A stretch of 63,845 bases of DNA, the filler included, from Saprolegnia diclina VS20 (taxonomy: Eukaryota), in assembly GCF_000281045.1 (NCBI RefSeq). It is 12 parts of 7 records of this genome, joined end to end, with 100 filler letters (N's around TTAATTAATTAA, not from the genome) between each part and the next. Parts side by side here need not be neighbours in the genome. Positions count along the whole stretch, not along the records: positions 1 to 9,575 come from NW_008246162.1; positions 9,676 to 30,538 come from NW_008246163.1; 10 more parts are not named here. The stretch is one strand, 5' to 3'. This document shows positions 1-12,189 of this stretch, one piece after another. A model generated the notes under the pieces. The model saw only the letters and a list, made by a program, of their open reading frames with translations, had not been told where the DNA came from and did no database searches. Both the position numbers and the translations under genes were made by a program. Positions within the stretch are counted from its first letter, which is position 1, and every line of letters begins with the position of its first letter.

Positions 1-3000
1 AATGTCCTGCGAATCTCTGGACAAATAAACGATTACGACATATTGCTTCGCAAAGTTGTTACATAGTTGATTTGTCTTCTGATAATGCCCACTCGAGAAA
101 TAATATGCAGTGCACCGAAACGCACACAGTATCAAAACCATCATTGCTATGGACACGGAAAAGTCGAGCGTTGGGTCATAATAGTGCCAAGGCACACCAA
201 GGCTTTGCTGGACAACGCGAGCGCCAGCAAAGCGATGCACTGAAGAAATAACGGCGGGAAAGCAGCACAGAAATCGCCTACAGTGAGGGCCACGGATTCC
301 CCCGCAATGCACTCATATGTTTAACTCGAAGCGACAACACCGAGCACAAAGCCCACTCTTATTACGTCTGAAGTGTTCCCCAGCTTGCGAGTGCGCCCGA
401 AACTAGTGACTCTAACTACATCATGTTTTATTCCTATGACGTTTTTCGTACTGCACATAAGCGTCGTTTCGAACCCAACTTTAACGGTCGCGGTCGTCGC
501 TGCGGTCAGACGAGTAGCTCAATAAAAGAGTCATCAAGTCGTTCATGCATGTGGCTACCGAACCCACGAGCAATGCGATTGCTTTCGTCCCGATGAGCCA
601 TTTTGCGGTTTGAGTGCTGGACGGTTTTGTCGTGCCAAAATGTGCAAACAATCACGTGTCAGGTCGCAGTGTCCGGGGATGATTGCAATTAGAGAAAGCC
701 CAACAAGAGAGGAATGCACTAATATTTGGTCACCCGAACGCGTGAAATCATGAGGTGGAGAGTGCAGAAGTTGGTTGAGGTGACCTATGAAGCGTGTGCA
801 CGTTTTGCCTAGTGATTTCCACAGCTTTACCCCCGCCTCGACTTCAGATCGCACTTTACACAAAATCTGCAGCTCCCGATCCGACCTATGGGCGCGCAGC
901 GAAGACTTCCAAGCTGCATCAGCCATTATTGCTGAGCTTNNNNNNNNNNNNNNNNNNNNNNNNNNNNNNNNNNNNNNNNNNNNNNNNNNNNNNNNNNNNN
1001 NNNNNNNNNNNNNNNNNNNNNNNNNNNNNNNNNNNNNNNNNNNNNNNNNNNNNNNNNNNNNNNNNNNNNNNNNNNNNNNNNNNNNNNNNNNNNNNNNNNN
1101 NNNNNNNNNNNNNNNNNNNNNNNNNNNNNNNNNNNNNNNNNNNNNNNNNNNNNNNNNNNNNNNNNNNNNNNNNNNNNNNNNNNNNNNNNNNNNNNNNNNN
1201 NNNNNNNNNNNNNNNNNNNNNNNNNNNNNNNNNNNNNNNNNNNNNNNNNNNNNNNNNNNNNNNNNNNNNNNNNNNNNNNNNNNNNNNNNNNNNNNNNNNN
1301 NNNNNNNNNNNNNNNNNNNNNNNNNNNNNNNNNNNNNNNNNNNNNNNNNNNNNNNNNNNNNNNNNNNNNNNNNNNNNNNNNNNNNNNNNNNNNNNNNNNN
1401 NNNNNNNNNNNNNNNNNNNNNNNNNNNNNNNNNNNNNNNNNNNNNNNNNNNNNNNNNNNNNNNNNNNNNNNNNNNNNNNNNNNNNNNNNNNNNNNNNNNN
1501 NNNNNNNNNNNNNNNNNNNNNNNNNNNNNNNNNNNNNNNNNNNNNNNNNNNNNNNNNNNNNNNNNNNNNNNNNNNNNNNNNNNNNNNNNNNNNNNNNNNN
1601 NNNNNNNNNNNNNNNNNNNNNNNNNNNNNNNNNNNAACTCGAGGTTCCGAACGAGGTCGCTGGCCCAGAAAACGTGACGGATCATGGATGGTCGCCTTCT
1701 CGTTGACGACGTTTTGGTTCCAGTGTTACGAGCATGTCAGTGCTTGACGCGAGCTCGATGAGGATACATTCGTCGATGCACACTTGTAGTTGAAGCATCC
1801 AAAGGGGGCGTGACCCGAGTCGTGCTGGAAATGATGCTGCTCAGAGATACGCCTTGGACGAGCCGTGTGATCGTGTTGCCGACTACGCGGAATGCGTTGG
1901 CGGAGCCGCACTAGCCGGTGGGCGCCGAGAGACTGATGCCGATACGTGTAGCGCCAACCAAAATTGGTTGCTGTCAGCTGCACAACCCCGCAGGTGTCGA
2001 GAAAACTGCAGCAGTGGCACCCGATGTCCCATCACGTCCGCGCTCGTTGAAGCTGTCGCACGTAACCAGGTTATGTACCTACGCAAGTAACCAAGTGATG
2101 CCCGCTGCTACGTCGGCCAAGCGTAGCCACGAGAGCAGTGATAGGACGACCTTGCGGGAGTGTGAATTTGAAACGACTCGCCGCTCAAAAACATCACGAC
2201 GTGGATGAGACGTGCGTCGACCGAGAGAGGTTGGAGGCTCATTTTCTCGAGGCCGAGTGGGCAGCAGCTACCGCATCGATCCTTCTCTGAAAAATCGTCG
2301 GTGCAGATTGATGTGGTGCCGGCAGGTTGAACCAGGGGTCCGCGGCATGCCGCAGATTTTTGTGCGATGGCATTGCATACCGGGTGACCATGACGAGCGA
2401 GCTGAACTCTTAGAGGAGCGTCGTTTCCTGGGACGGTGATCTGCTGGCGACACCCGCGCATCAGTACAACCACGGATTGGGGCGCAACCGCGCTGCCGCT
2501 GCCAGCTGCCAAACTGAGACTCGCAGCTCGACACTGCCTTCGCCAGCGAAGAACCCTTGAGGCGTTCACCAAAGCGCTGAGCACGCCGGTCTTGCTTTAA
2601 CTCCAGACGTAGACGCGCCCCGTGGTTGGTTCAGTCGAGCCATGTAGCGAGCGCCGCTAAAATGTCAACCATCGTGTACGCCGTAAACTCGGGCGGCACA
2701 CTATCCTCGACCCGGATGTCACCGTTGTCAAGATGCAGATGGCACCTAGTCGACCGTCCATTATCCAGTCGGTTGATTCCTGCTTCACACGCAGGAGGTG
2801 CGGTGTTGTCCCTTCCCATTGACGTTGGCATCAGAACCATCCAGTCGATTCTTGATAATCATGCTAGACAGCATGTCATCATACCACCCTCCACTCGTGT
2901 GAAGATGCACGCAAACCAAGAAGCGTTTGCCTCGATCACGTCCGAAGACGCCCAGTCCGAGTGGCGAATGACTCGGCCGCGCCCGAAGACGCAAACACGA

Positions 3001-4830
3001 GTCACCGCGTGCCCCGGTTGTATCCGAAGATGCCTTGACAGTCCGAGTGGCGAGTAGCTTGACCTCGCCCATAAGTGCCCACAGGCCCAGTTGCGGTTGG
3101 TTGATTACGCCGAGACGACAGAGTCGCTGTTGTCGAACGGAGAGGATGTAGTTGCGTGATTTGTCTAAGGTGGGATCACGAGTACCAACCTAGGCAGCTT
3201 CACAGCTCCAAGTCCGCCCTCAAAGCCGCCCAGCGCGCCGCCGGGCGGTGTTGGTGAGAGCCATCGCGACCGTGTGAATGCGCAGCCGCCCGTCAACACC
3301 GGTGCACCATGTGTACCGTCATCAATGGAGGCGCAGCCAGAGCGTCTGACGGAATTGGCGAGTGTGCTTGGTCGGCGTGGCTTTGACTGCCGCCTTGACT
3401 GTGACCTTGCCTGTCGTATTGCCGTGCTGGCCGTGAGTTGGGTCGCGAGGGGGAAAAAGAGAACAAAAACCCCGAACGTCTTGTGAGCTGCGGTACTGAT
3501 GACGTCGCACTGCTGGGAGAACTTGTCGGCGTAGTCGAGCAGATCAATGCCCAAGGCAAGTGCACCCTCGTCGTACACACTGAGATCGCGGAGCCGAACG
3601 TGTAGATGTAGACAGACACAGAGCGAGGTTGGCGCGCCAGTTGAGCAAAAAACAAAGGTGCCGAGACGGGTAGGGAAAACGGACCGTATCGCACTCACCC
3701 ACGAGCGCCAGGGACGCAATTGGCAGGGGCGCTAGATACTGCGTGTTAGTAAATCGCCAGTGCCCTTGTATGAGTTCCTGAGCGCGCTCTTGGGCTGCTG
3801 CTCGTGTATGCTGGTATAGCGACCGAGTGGCCGCAGTGCGGTTGCGTGCGCGATGCTCGCGCTGGAGACGTAGATGTGAAGGGTGTCGCCGTCTTGGCTA
3901 AAGGTCACGAAACCACGGTGCGTCGCACGCCCGACGGCCACCGTCGCCTGCTGATCGTCGCTCGTCGGGGCCGGGCAAGCGTGCGGACGGTGTCGGACTC
4001 GTCAATGATGACGCCAGCCACCGAGCGCCTTCCTTGAGGCGCACCGAGCTGGAAACCACCATTGAGAGACTAAGCTTAGGGCCTTGGTTGCCGCGCAGAT
4101 GCGGCATATGTCGCCGTGAGAAAGCAAGGTACTTGCAGAAGCTTAGCTTTTGACTGATACTACAAATTCATGGATGACTCAAGCCGCTTGCTCTGCGCCT
4201 GGAACTTTTAACGTGTGCGTGCTTCCATGTCTTTGTCTTCTAGAACGCTCGGCCTTGCGCGGAAAACCTCGTCCAATTCTTGGAAATGGCACGTTTGAGG
4301 TCGAAAACTTGTATATGAAAATTTGTCGGATTTTTGCTTGATTTAACGGTAAATAAGGCCCGCATCTTAACCCGACAATTTTGGTCAAAGTGGACAAATT
4401 TGGTCAGATGCTCGACGCAAAACCGGTGCCCGACTTCCAGCGGTGCGAGCAAAATACGTCTAAAGTCACCGCAGGACGAGCAACACGCTTCCGGGACTGC
4501 AATCGCGTCGGAAATTTTACAACACCTAAAATTCTCTCCAGAATCGGTTCAACGTCGCAAAGGGCTGAAAAGTCACACAACGGACAGTACATAGTAATAG
4601 AGCAGACGTTTTTGGCCCTCCCTACCTTAATTGGTCCGTCTTCTAGCTTCTATTACTCAGCATCTAGATATGCTACGAAGAAGATCAAACTATATTCGTG
4701 TTCCCCTATGTCTCGGCCATTGTTATATAGCACGCTTAGCGCACAGAACGGCTTTAAATATCGTTTATAGCCCGCACAAAAAGGTCGTAAATCTCTGCCG
4801 GGTACTAGTACTGTGTATGCTGTCACAGGG

Positions 4831-4939
4831 CGTCGCAGTTTTCTGTTGTTTTTTCGATTTCACGGTAAATATACTGTAAGTTTGTATGTTGTTACGGGTT
4901 GTCGCAGTTTTCTGTGGGTTGGTTGTCGCAGTTTTCTGT
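4831..4939 (+). repeat. Three copies of GTCGCAGTTTTCTGT immediately upstream of the FIBP start
   Basis: Copies at about 4832, 4901 and 4925, ending about 26 nt before the ATG at 4966. Confidence 0.8.
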
Positions 4940-4965
4940 GGCTTGGAACCAACGGCCACGCAAGG

Positions 4966-6661
4966 ATGATGCGCGAGATCTTCGACACGTTCTTGACGGA
5001 CCCAGTCCTCTTGTCAGAGGACGTGTACGTGCTCTGGCTCGAGGGCCAGAACGCAACGAGTGCTCTGGATGTCCGGTTCCGGTCGTATGGACCCTCGTCT
5101 GCGTCGTCGGAAAGCCTGTCCGATGACCGCGACGACGAACTGCGCGATCTCATTTGGCGGGACACGGTCGACCAGTATCGCCTCTTTGAGAAGCTCGAGT
5201 CGTATTTCATGCACCCGAAGCTTCTTCGCACGCAGCTTCTCTTCCAGATCCCTGCATGGCAGCAACAAGAGATGACGGAGAAGTACTATGGCCTCGACGG
5301 GCCCGTCGTGCGTCGCCTTGTCGGAAAGAAGCTCACGTCAAAAGCGCAAAAAGACCTTGACGAAGTCAGCGAGCAGTCGTTCCGGACGCTCAAGAAGTTT
5401 GTGTGATTAGTTCCTGCTCCGGACTGATCGATACCCGTGCTGTAGCTGTCGGCGCCAATTTGAGAACCTCCGGCGCATTTACGCCTTGCTTGAAGAAAAG
5501 AACTTTCAGGTACTTCTACACCGCATGACCAATCAGGCACCAGCGTTTCTTCATAGGGCTGCATTGCACGTGCTATCAGCGATCACTTCCTCATCTCAGA
5601 TCGACTCGCCGCAAAGTACGCCGGCATCGTCTTTCTTGTCCACGGGCGTTTCGAAGTGCACATGACACACAAGACAGTCGGGTTCCTGACATGGTCAGAC
5701 CTACAATTTTTTGCGGCACTGCTTATGAGCCATTGGGTCATGCCATCCACGAAGCGCCACTTGGGCCCTACCAAGCTCGCATGCAAGACACTCTCGGCGT
5801 CCATTGCGGTCCTTGCCGAAGGCTCTGCCCTCAACTGTGTCCGGCTTCGACACCGAGTTACCCCTGACGCTTTGGTTTGTGTATGTCTTCGCTGTTGGCT
5901 ATTTTACTAGGTTAAAATTGATTTCTAGGACACCACCGACACTGACTGGCCGTCGCTGTCGCACCTTGAAACGAAAGTGACGCCAATGAGTGCTCGTCAC
6001 TGCGTTGGCGTCGACCTAAACCAACGCATGACGAACGCGCTTCGGGACCTCAAAGCACACTTTCTCAACGACGTAGAGACGCTGACCGAGTACCGCAATA
6101 TCGTCATGGTATGCTCGTGCTCTGTAGTGCATCTTTATCTATTTCTTGTTAGCTCGAGCTTCAATCCAAATTGCAACCAGAGCAACTAGACCATCTTGGC
6201 CTGAAGATGCTACCGATAGCACGCGGGGTACGCAACACAAACTCACCTAGTCATTTGGCTCGATCTCTCATATCGAGGAATTTAACGTAGCTGCTCACGA
6301 TTGGCGCTGGGCTCTCACAGCCAAAAGAACTCAAGGATCTCATCGAAGACGTCGTGGACGCCGTAAGTTTTCGGCGCTTGGTGGTCGTGCAATAATGATG
6401 AGTTATTCTAGGCTGGACACGTGTTTAAGGATTCGAAACTGCGTCTGACCGATATCGATTTGGTCTTCTCTGCGCTCATCGAGTACGTCTCATTCCTTCC
6501 GTCAACTTCGTTGGATCAGGTCTACGAATGCTAGTTCATTGAGTGCAATCGACGTATGGTACCTAAACGCAGACGAGACGCGTTTGCTCTTGCTTGCGAG
6601 CTGGGAATTATTTCTCAGTGTTGTTCGTGGCGTGCTCGTCACCATTTATGACAGACTCTAA
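4966..6661 (+). CDS. FIBP: FGF1 intracellular binding protein (FIBP) homolog, multi-exon
   Basis: Hand-spliced protein contains EDVYVLWLEG, DTVDQYRLFEKLE, QLLFQIP, EKYY, LVGKKLTSKAQKDLDEVS, LKNCRRQFENLRRI and HFLISDRLAAKYAGIVF, and ends WELFLSVVRGVLVTIYDRL*. These track recalled animal FIBP motifs along the whole length. Introns are GT-AG. Confidence 0.9.
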
Positions 6662-6720
6662 TAATTGTAATATTGCATCGGTGGGTGTACAATTATTGTC
6701 TCTGCTACATGCAGTTTTAA

Positions 6721-8366
6721 TTACTTGGCCCAAGGCTTCGCAACCGCTGTCGCAACTGATGGCGTGTCCAAGCGGGCTTGCGCCTCCGTCGAGAGCTTGT
6801 CTTCGATCGTGCGAATGCCGGGAACCCTATAAAGTGAACGTAAACCGCTGCTCCAGGAACGACCATTCGAACATACTCTTCGCCGTTCTGCACCATCTTC
6901 ATGACATCCGCAAAGGACGTAGGGTAGCTCGGTTCGGTGCTTGAGATAATAGGGCTACTACTGACGTCGTCAACTTCGATGCGCGCCGCCTTCTGCTTGA
7001 CATCTTGCTTCGCACCAAGCTTTTGCAAGAACGATTCCAGGTTGGGGGTCTCAACCGTTGTTTTCTCTGCAGACTCAACCACGATCGCTGATGGCGCGTG
7101 TGTCGAGAGAAAGTTCTCGGCTGCGAGCGAGAGCACATCCCCGTTGTTGGCGACCGCACTCTCGAAGGCAGAGACAGCAGCCTTCAAAATCGTCAAGCTC
7201 GACGGCTGCTCGTGCCATTTCCATTCCATGCTCATGCCGACCTTCTCGAACCCAATGCTCGTAAGTAGCGCAATATGGTGCTGCGCGTCGTCAGAAAAGT
7301 GAATCGCTTGGCGTGTGCAAATCTACCTGAAGCGGCTCGATCTTTTGCTTGAAGTTGGCGTTGCCTGTCGCAATGCGTCGGTACCGTGGTACGTCTGGCT
7401 GCTAATTGAAGGCATGAATGCTAAACCGAATGACGATAGTTTGGCGCGTCTACCTCGACCAAATTCTTGGTGTACATGATGAGAATGCCAGCCGCCTGTT
7501 TGATGGCGTCAGCGTCGTTCTAATCATAAAATAGTAGCGTGAGGGGAGACATTTACGGGCTCGTTACGCACGTCCAGCTCGACGAGGCGAAGAGCGTCGA
7601 GCATTTTGGATGCTTTGATCTGAAAGTCGGCCAGAGCATCGAGAACCGGCGTCGACTCCTTGAGTGCGTTGGGTACATCGATAGCGACGGGGTTCACATT
7701 TGCAGCACGCATTGGCTGCAGCTTCTTCACGGCGGCTTTGAGACTCGTGAGCTCAGTGCGCAGCTCCGTTATGATTTGCGACGTAGTTGTTTGGCTGGAG
7801 AGCAATGCTCGCCGTTCTTGAGCCTCGAGTTGCATGACGCTCATAAGCTTGACCATCTCAGCTGTCTGTCCTTGGATCGCCTGGACAAGCGCCGTTTCTA
7901 GGTTTGCAGGTGTGATGTGAGGTACGAACGACAGGAAAGATGAGAACCGTTTGAGACTGTGGCTACACGAGCATAATCGTCGGCTGATTCAGTGTCCATC
8001 TTTTGGCTTTCGTCGTACTGCATGAACTTCCAGAGAAAACCGAGCGCGGCCGTTGTGCCTGCGAGTGGGAAAAGCGTAGACCAAATCGAGGATGACGCTG
8101 GCGCCGGTGCAGACTTGGCGAGCGCAACGTTAGTTTGGTGATGAGTCTCCACAGCAGCGTTGATCTCCGCGCGCGAAAGTCCCTTCTTTTCGAGGAACTC
8201 GAGGCGTTCGGCAAGTGGCGTCGCCTAACGCAGCGAACGACATTGACGCATGTTACGGTGGATGCGGGCGTACCTGCACGTCCGGGTGGCTTAGGAACCG
8301 AACGCCGCTGGCGACCTTCTCGGTGTCGATGGACGCGGGCGTCGGGGCAACGTCGGTCGTCTCCAT
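6721..8366 (-). CDS. PEX14: Peroxisomal membrane docking protein PEX14 (Pex14_N + TM + coiled coil + C-terminal KPWE-like domain), multi-exon
   Basis: Spliced N-terminus EKVASGVRFLSHPDVQ/ATPLAERLEFLEKKGLSRAEINAA matches Pex14_N. It is followed by the hydrophobic segment LFPLAGTTAALGFLW and a coiled coil. The spliced C-terminus PTSFADVMKMVQNGEEVPGIRTIEDKL...AKPWAK* resembles the plant PEX14 / KPWE domain. Confidence 0.88.
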
Positions 8367-8840
8367 CGCGTCGTTGGAGTCGCAAAATTCTTGGTGACAC
8401 GAAATCCGCACGCTCAACTCATATCGAAGTTGAACTCGAAGTTCGAAGCGTTGCGTAAACAGTGGCAATCTTGACTGTGATATGCCGGTGAAGCATGTCC
8501 TAGTTACAGATAACGAACGCAAGACTCGACCACAGTGGTACACCAACATATATGGCAAAATGTATAGAGGCGGCAGGAGGCCCCACTTGCAGGAAAAAAA
8601 ATATTTCCACATGTTTTGCCAGCCAGGTCCCATCAGTTACTTTTGATTGGCCAAAAACTTCTTTTATCATCCAATTAGAGGCCATATCAACTCCCGCTGA
8701 ATGCATCGGGACAAACCCTGGGATAAACATCAATGGCCAAGAGCGGCCTTCGCATCAACATTCTTGCACAAACATTCCTTCCTGAAGCGCTAGATGATGA
8801 ACGCGTAGATTCCGATGCGCAATGCTGTATTTTTTACACG

Positions 8841-9272
8841 TCATACTAGTACATGGTAGTCTTCGGCAGCGCCTTTTCCCAGGCCTTGCGAATGGTTGCG
8901 GGATTGAAGTTGCGCGTGCTGTGCAGCCGCAAACGCACGAATGCTCTGGATCGGGTTCGACAAGTCGAGCTTGAGCAGCGCTTGCCGGTCACGGACAAAG
9001 TAGTGACGTTGGACACGCTGCGGTAGGCGTGTTGACCGTTGCATGTAGACCCGATGGTGCGCTGTCGGCTTGAAGTCCCAGTCGATGTCGTGAATAAACT
9101 CTTCGACGAGGAACTCGTCGCAGCACCTTGGAGAGTAGAACACGACACCTTCTCGAGTAGCGTAGCGCGTCGACGTCAGACGTTCACTGGTGCATGCCGC
9201 ATGAGCAAGACCTCCGCACATCATGCAGTCGAGTGGTGCACCTTGTGCGCACGCACGGAAGAGACAGCTCAT
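8841..9272 (-). CDS. Hypothetical Cys/His-rich (PHD-like) protein
   Basis: Pattern CLFRAC...CMMCGGLAHAAC...SPRCC in an open frame; no other support. Confidence 0.3.
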   Translation of the reverse strand: MSCLFRACAQGAPLDCMMCGGLAHAACTSERLTSTRYATREGVVFYSPRCCDEFLVEEFIHDIDWDFKPTAHHRVYMQRSTRLPQRVQRHYFVRDRQALLKLDLSNPIQSIRAFAAAQHAQLQSRNHSQGLGKGAAEDYHVLV

Positions 9273-9575
9273 TGCTGATGACGGTCGATCGACAAATGAA
9301 GTGTGCCGAAGATCGCAATGTCGTGCGATTGTGGACCTTTGTCCCAATCGCAGGTTCTGCCCAGCCGTCAGTCCGCCTTCTGATTGGTCCATTTCACATG
9401 CGTTTTCATTGGTAGAAAGTCATGGGATGGCGTGAGGTGGCCGTTGCCTCGGCATTGTGATTTTATTCAAAGTACCACTGTGGTCGAGTCTTGCGTTCGT
9501 TATCTGTAGAACCACCGGTCCCGATGCTTTCTTGACCAGCGGTGCTGTCTTCAATGGTCCATGCTCTCATTCAAT

Positions 9576-9675
9576 NNNNNNNNNNNNNNNNNNNNNNNNN
9601 NNNNNNNNNNNNNNNNNNNTTAATTAATTAANNNNNNNNNNNNNNNNNNNNNNNNNNNNNNNNNNNNNNNNNNNN
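9576..9675. other. Artificial assembly spacer N44-TTAATTAATTAA-N44 (first of 11)
   Basis: An identical 12-mer giving stops in all six frames, flanked by Ns, occurs at 9620, 30583, 31899, 35584, 38236, 44504, 49488, 52939, 58210, 59970 and 62166. Confidence 0.97.
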
Positions 9676-10337
9676 CACCTTCGATCATTACGCCGTACGG
9701 TCGTTGGAACGCCATTGCGGACGCCGTGGGTGCCCACCCCAAGATCGAGGTGTGGGTGGTCGCGCACAAATAGAAGTAAACGCTAGGGGTTTGCACGCGT
9801 TCGAACAACATAATAAAAGTCATTTCTTGGCAAATCTTGTCAACGACAATGGAGACGATCAGCTTCCGTTGTTGTATAAAGTATGGTGTGCTATGATCGT
9901 GCGTGAGAGCGTGATCGACTCAAAGAGGCAAGCTCCTGGAACTGTCGTCGAAGCGCACAGAAATTCGGTGCGGACCACCAATTAGAATACTTCCCGCATC
10001 CATTAGTGTTCGTTCGCACTTTTTACCCCACTCCACTGGTCTGGAGCATCCCGCAAACTTGGTTGGACAGCCTAACAGCGCTCGCCGACAACTTCCCACG
10101 GTCTAACTCGGCGAAAAGGACCATTCTAGATATATAAAAGGACGCATGTCTGGGTTCGAAGTCTTGACCAACATCTAGAATTGATAGTCAAATTTATGTA
10201 ACAGTATAAGGCACTGTGCTGCAACTCCTATCAACTTCGATGCCTTAAGAACCAACCAGTGTCTGTCGTACAATTTTTGCACTTAATCATGTTACTAATA
10301 CAATTGTAGTACTAGCTATTAATAGTTGCAGTGTATA

Positions 10338-10405
10338 TCTAAGGCTTCGTTCGGTTCGCGGCAATTATTTTTTAATCGATTATCGAAATCGCCATTATTG
10401 ATAAT
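10338..10405 (+). mobile_element. Terminus of a putative PIF/Harbinger (Tourist-like) MITE, copy 1 (runs into a gap)
   Basis: TAA followed by GGCTTCGTTCGGTT. About 67 bp is nearly identical to the reverse complement of 55898-55964. Confidence 0.55.
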
Positions 10406-10505
10406 NNNNNNNNNNNNNNNNNNNNNNNNNNNNNNNNNNNNNNNNNNNNNNNNNNNNNNNNNNNNNNNNNNNNNNNNNNNNNNNNNNNNNNNNNNNNNNN
10501 NNNNN

Positions 10506-11036
10506 GATCGTCGTCGGAATGCCGTCGAGCCAGCCGGACGCCATCATCTTGCGCGCGCCGTAGAGCTCGAGGTCCGCGATCGAGAGCTTCTCGCCGAGAA
10601 AGTACGTGCCCGTCAATGGCAGACGCGCCTCGATGCACGCAAAGTGCTCCGGAAGCGGACCCGCAGCGGCTTCTTCGCGGAGTGCGAGACGCTTGGCCGG
10701 GTCTTGTTCGCGGAACGACGGCATGAGCTTGGCGAGCGTGTCGTCCGAGGCCGCGAGAAGCTCGTCGACACGGAACGCCTCGAGCGCTTCGGTCGGGTAG
10801 AGGCCCGAGAGGCGGCCGGCGTAGCGCGCCATCGCATGCGACTGGGCCATGACGACGCCGTCGACCGTGAGCGTCGGCACCTGCTTGAACGGCAGCGTCG
10901 GCTTGACCGCGCCAAACTGTTCGCGCGTGAGGCGCTCGTCCTCGAACGGGATGCCACCCGCGTGCAGCGCCAGGCGCACGAGCTCGGCGCGGCCAGTCAT
11001 GTCGAAGTACGTGAGCTTCAATGTGGGAAAGGTCAT
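10506..11036 (-). CDS. Glutathione S-transferase, sigma-like (3' end in gap)
   Basis: MTFPTLKLTYFDMTGRAELVRLAL...GIPFEDERL...LPFKQVPTLTVDG...QSHAMARYAGR...FLGEKLSIADL. Confidence 0.93.
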
Positions 11037-11055
11037 GGTTGTTGAGTCGTTGGTG

Positions 11056-11072
11056 GTAAAATCAAAAGTGAC
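11056..11072 (-). promoter_or_regulatory. Oomycete INR/FPR core promoter of the GST gene
   Basis: Minus strand reads GTCACTTTTGATTTTAC about 20-36 nt upstream of the ATG, fitting YCAYTYY followed by an FPR. Confidence 0.6.
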
Positions 11073-12141
11073 AACCAGAATGGCGCGCGCCGCCGACGAT
11101 GAGCGATCGCCGTTGATTGAGTGAACACGTCGTGACCTTTCGGACGGGGCGCGATCTTTGCGTTGACGCGGCGTGTGGTGGGCTGTGATCACATGTCAAA
11201 CCACCTGCTTGGACGTGTACGCAAGGCGACGTCGAACAGAGCCGACTTCGGCGCGACCGAGCGACCAAGTCCGACGGCGGCCATGGGCAAGGCATGGTTG
11301 ATAATGGTTGTACCGAAGACTTCTGTGGTATTTGGTTCGTCCTCGCCTTGTAATGGTACGATAAAACAATGAAATCGGACTCTGTTGCGAGACTGAGGCA
11401 TGTTTGAGCTCCACCGTTCATGGACGACCACGTCACCTTGGCCACAATCAGGCGACCATGGGATCACGCGTCGACAGGATGCGTTGGCGCGAACGTCAAC
11501 CGAATTCTCAGTTGCAATTTCAACGATTACCAACGGTTGTGCCGCATCCCAACGCGAAATCGAACGGTTGTCCCACGCCGCGCAAAGCTCGTGACATCCA
11601 AAAGATGCCGACGACTCTTGGAGGACGGGGTGCCAAAAAGTCCAACATCCTTGCTTGGTTGAGCACCTTGGTTGAGCACCTTTTCTCAAGCTGACGGCAG
11701 CGTGCTATTCTTGTTTTTGATTGGCCCAAATGTTGCTTCGATTTGCGCCAATGGCATCACGTGAAAAAGATCGCTTTTCAACCAATGGCATCATCCAGAG
11801 CCTACCTCGTCTCTGTTTGTCGTCATCCAAGCCCCGTGGCTTGATTGCAACGTGCACCTGCCTCGACCAAGTCGTTGGGCGGTTGGTCTGAGAGATGAGC
11901 GCGTCGAGTGACTGGGCACGGTTCGCGCAGGCGCAAAGCCAACCTGGTCCTCGACCGTCCACACACGGTTGGTGGAGCTGGTCCCGCGCTACCGTGACAT
12001 CCCGACGACTGAGTGCTGCAGGTCGTCAGCACTTACCGTCCATTTCCCACCATCTCTAACCGTGCAAATGGTGGCAACCAACTCACTAGTTGCGATGCTA
12101 AATAACACAACACACGGTATGCCGACCAAGTTAAATCGCGC

Positions 12142-12189
12142 ATCGAGCGCGCAGCGTTGGCTTGGATCGAGCGCGCAGCGTTGGCTTGG
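12142..12189 (+). repeat. Perfect 24-bp tandem duplication
   Basis: ATCGAGCGCGCAGCGTTGGCTTGG occurs twice in tandem. Confidence 0.9.

Noticed and set aside
555..1747. Long ORFs containing X runs
   Set aside because: Their length comes from translating N gaps, and the flanking residues show no recognisable motif.
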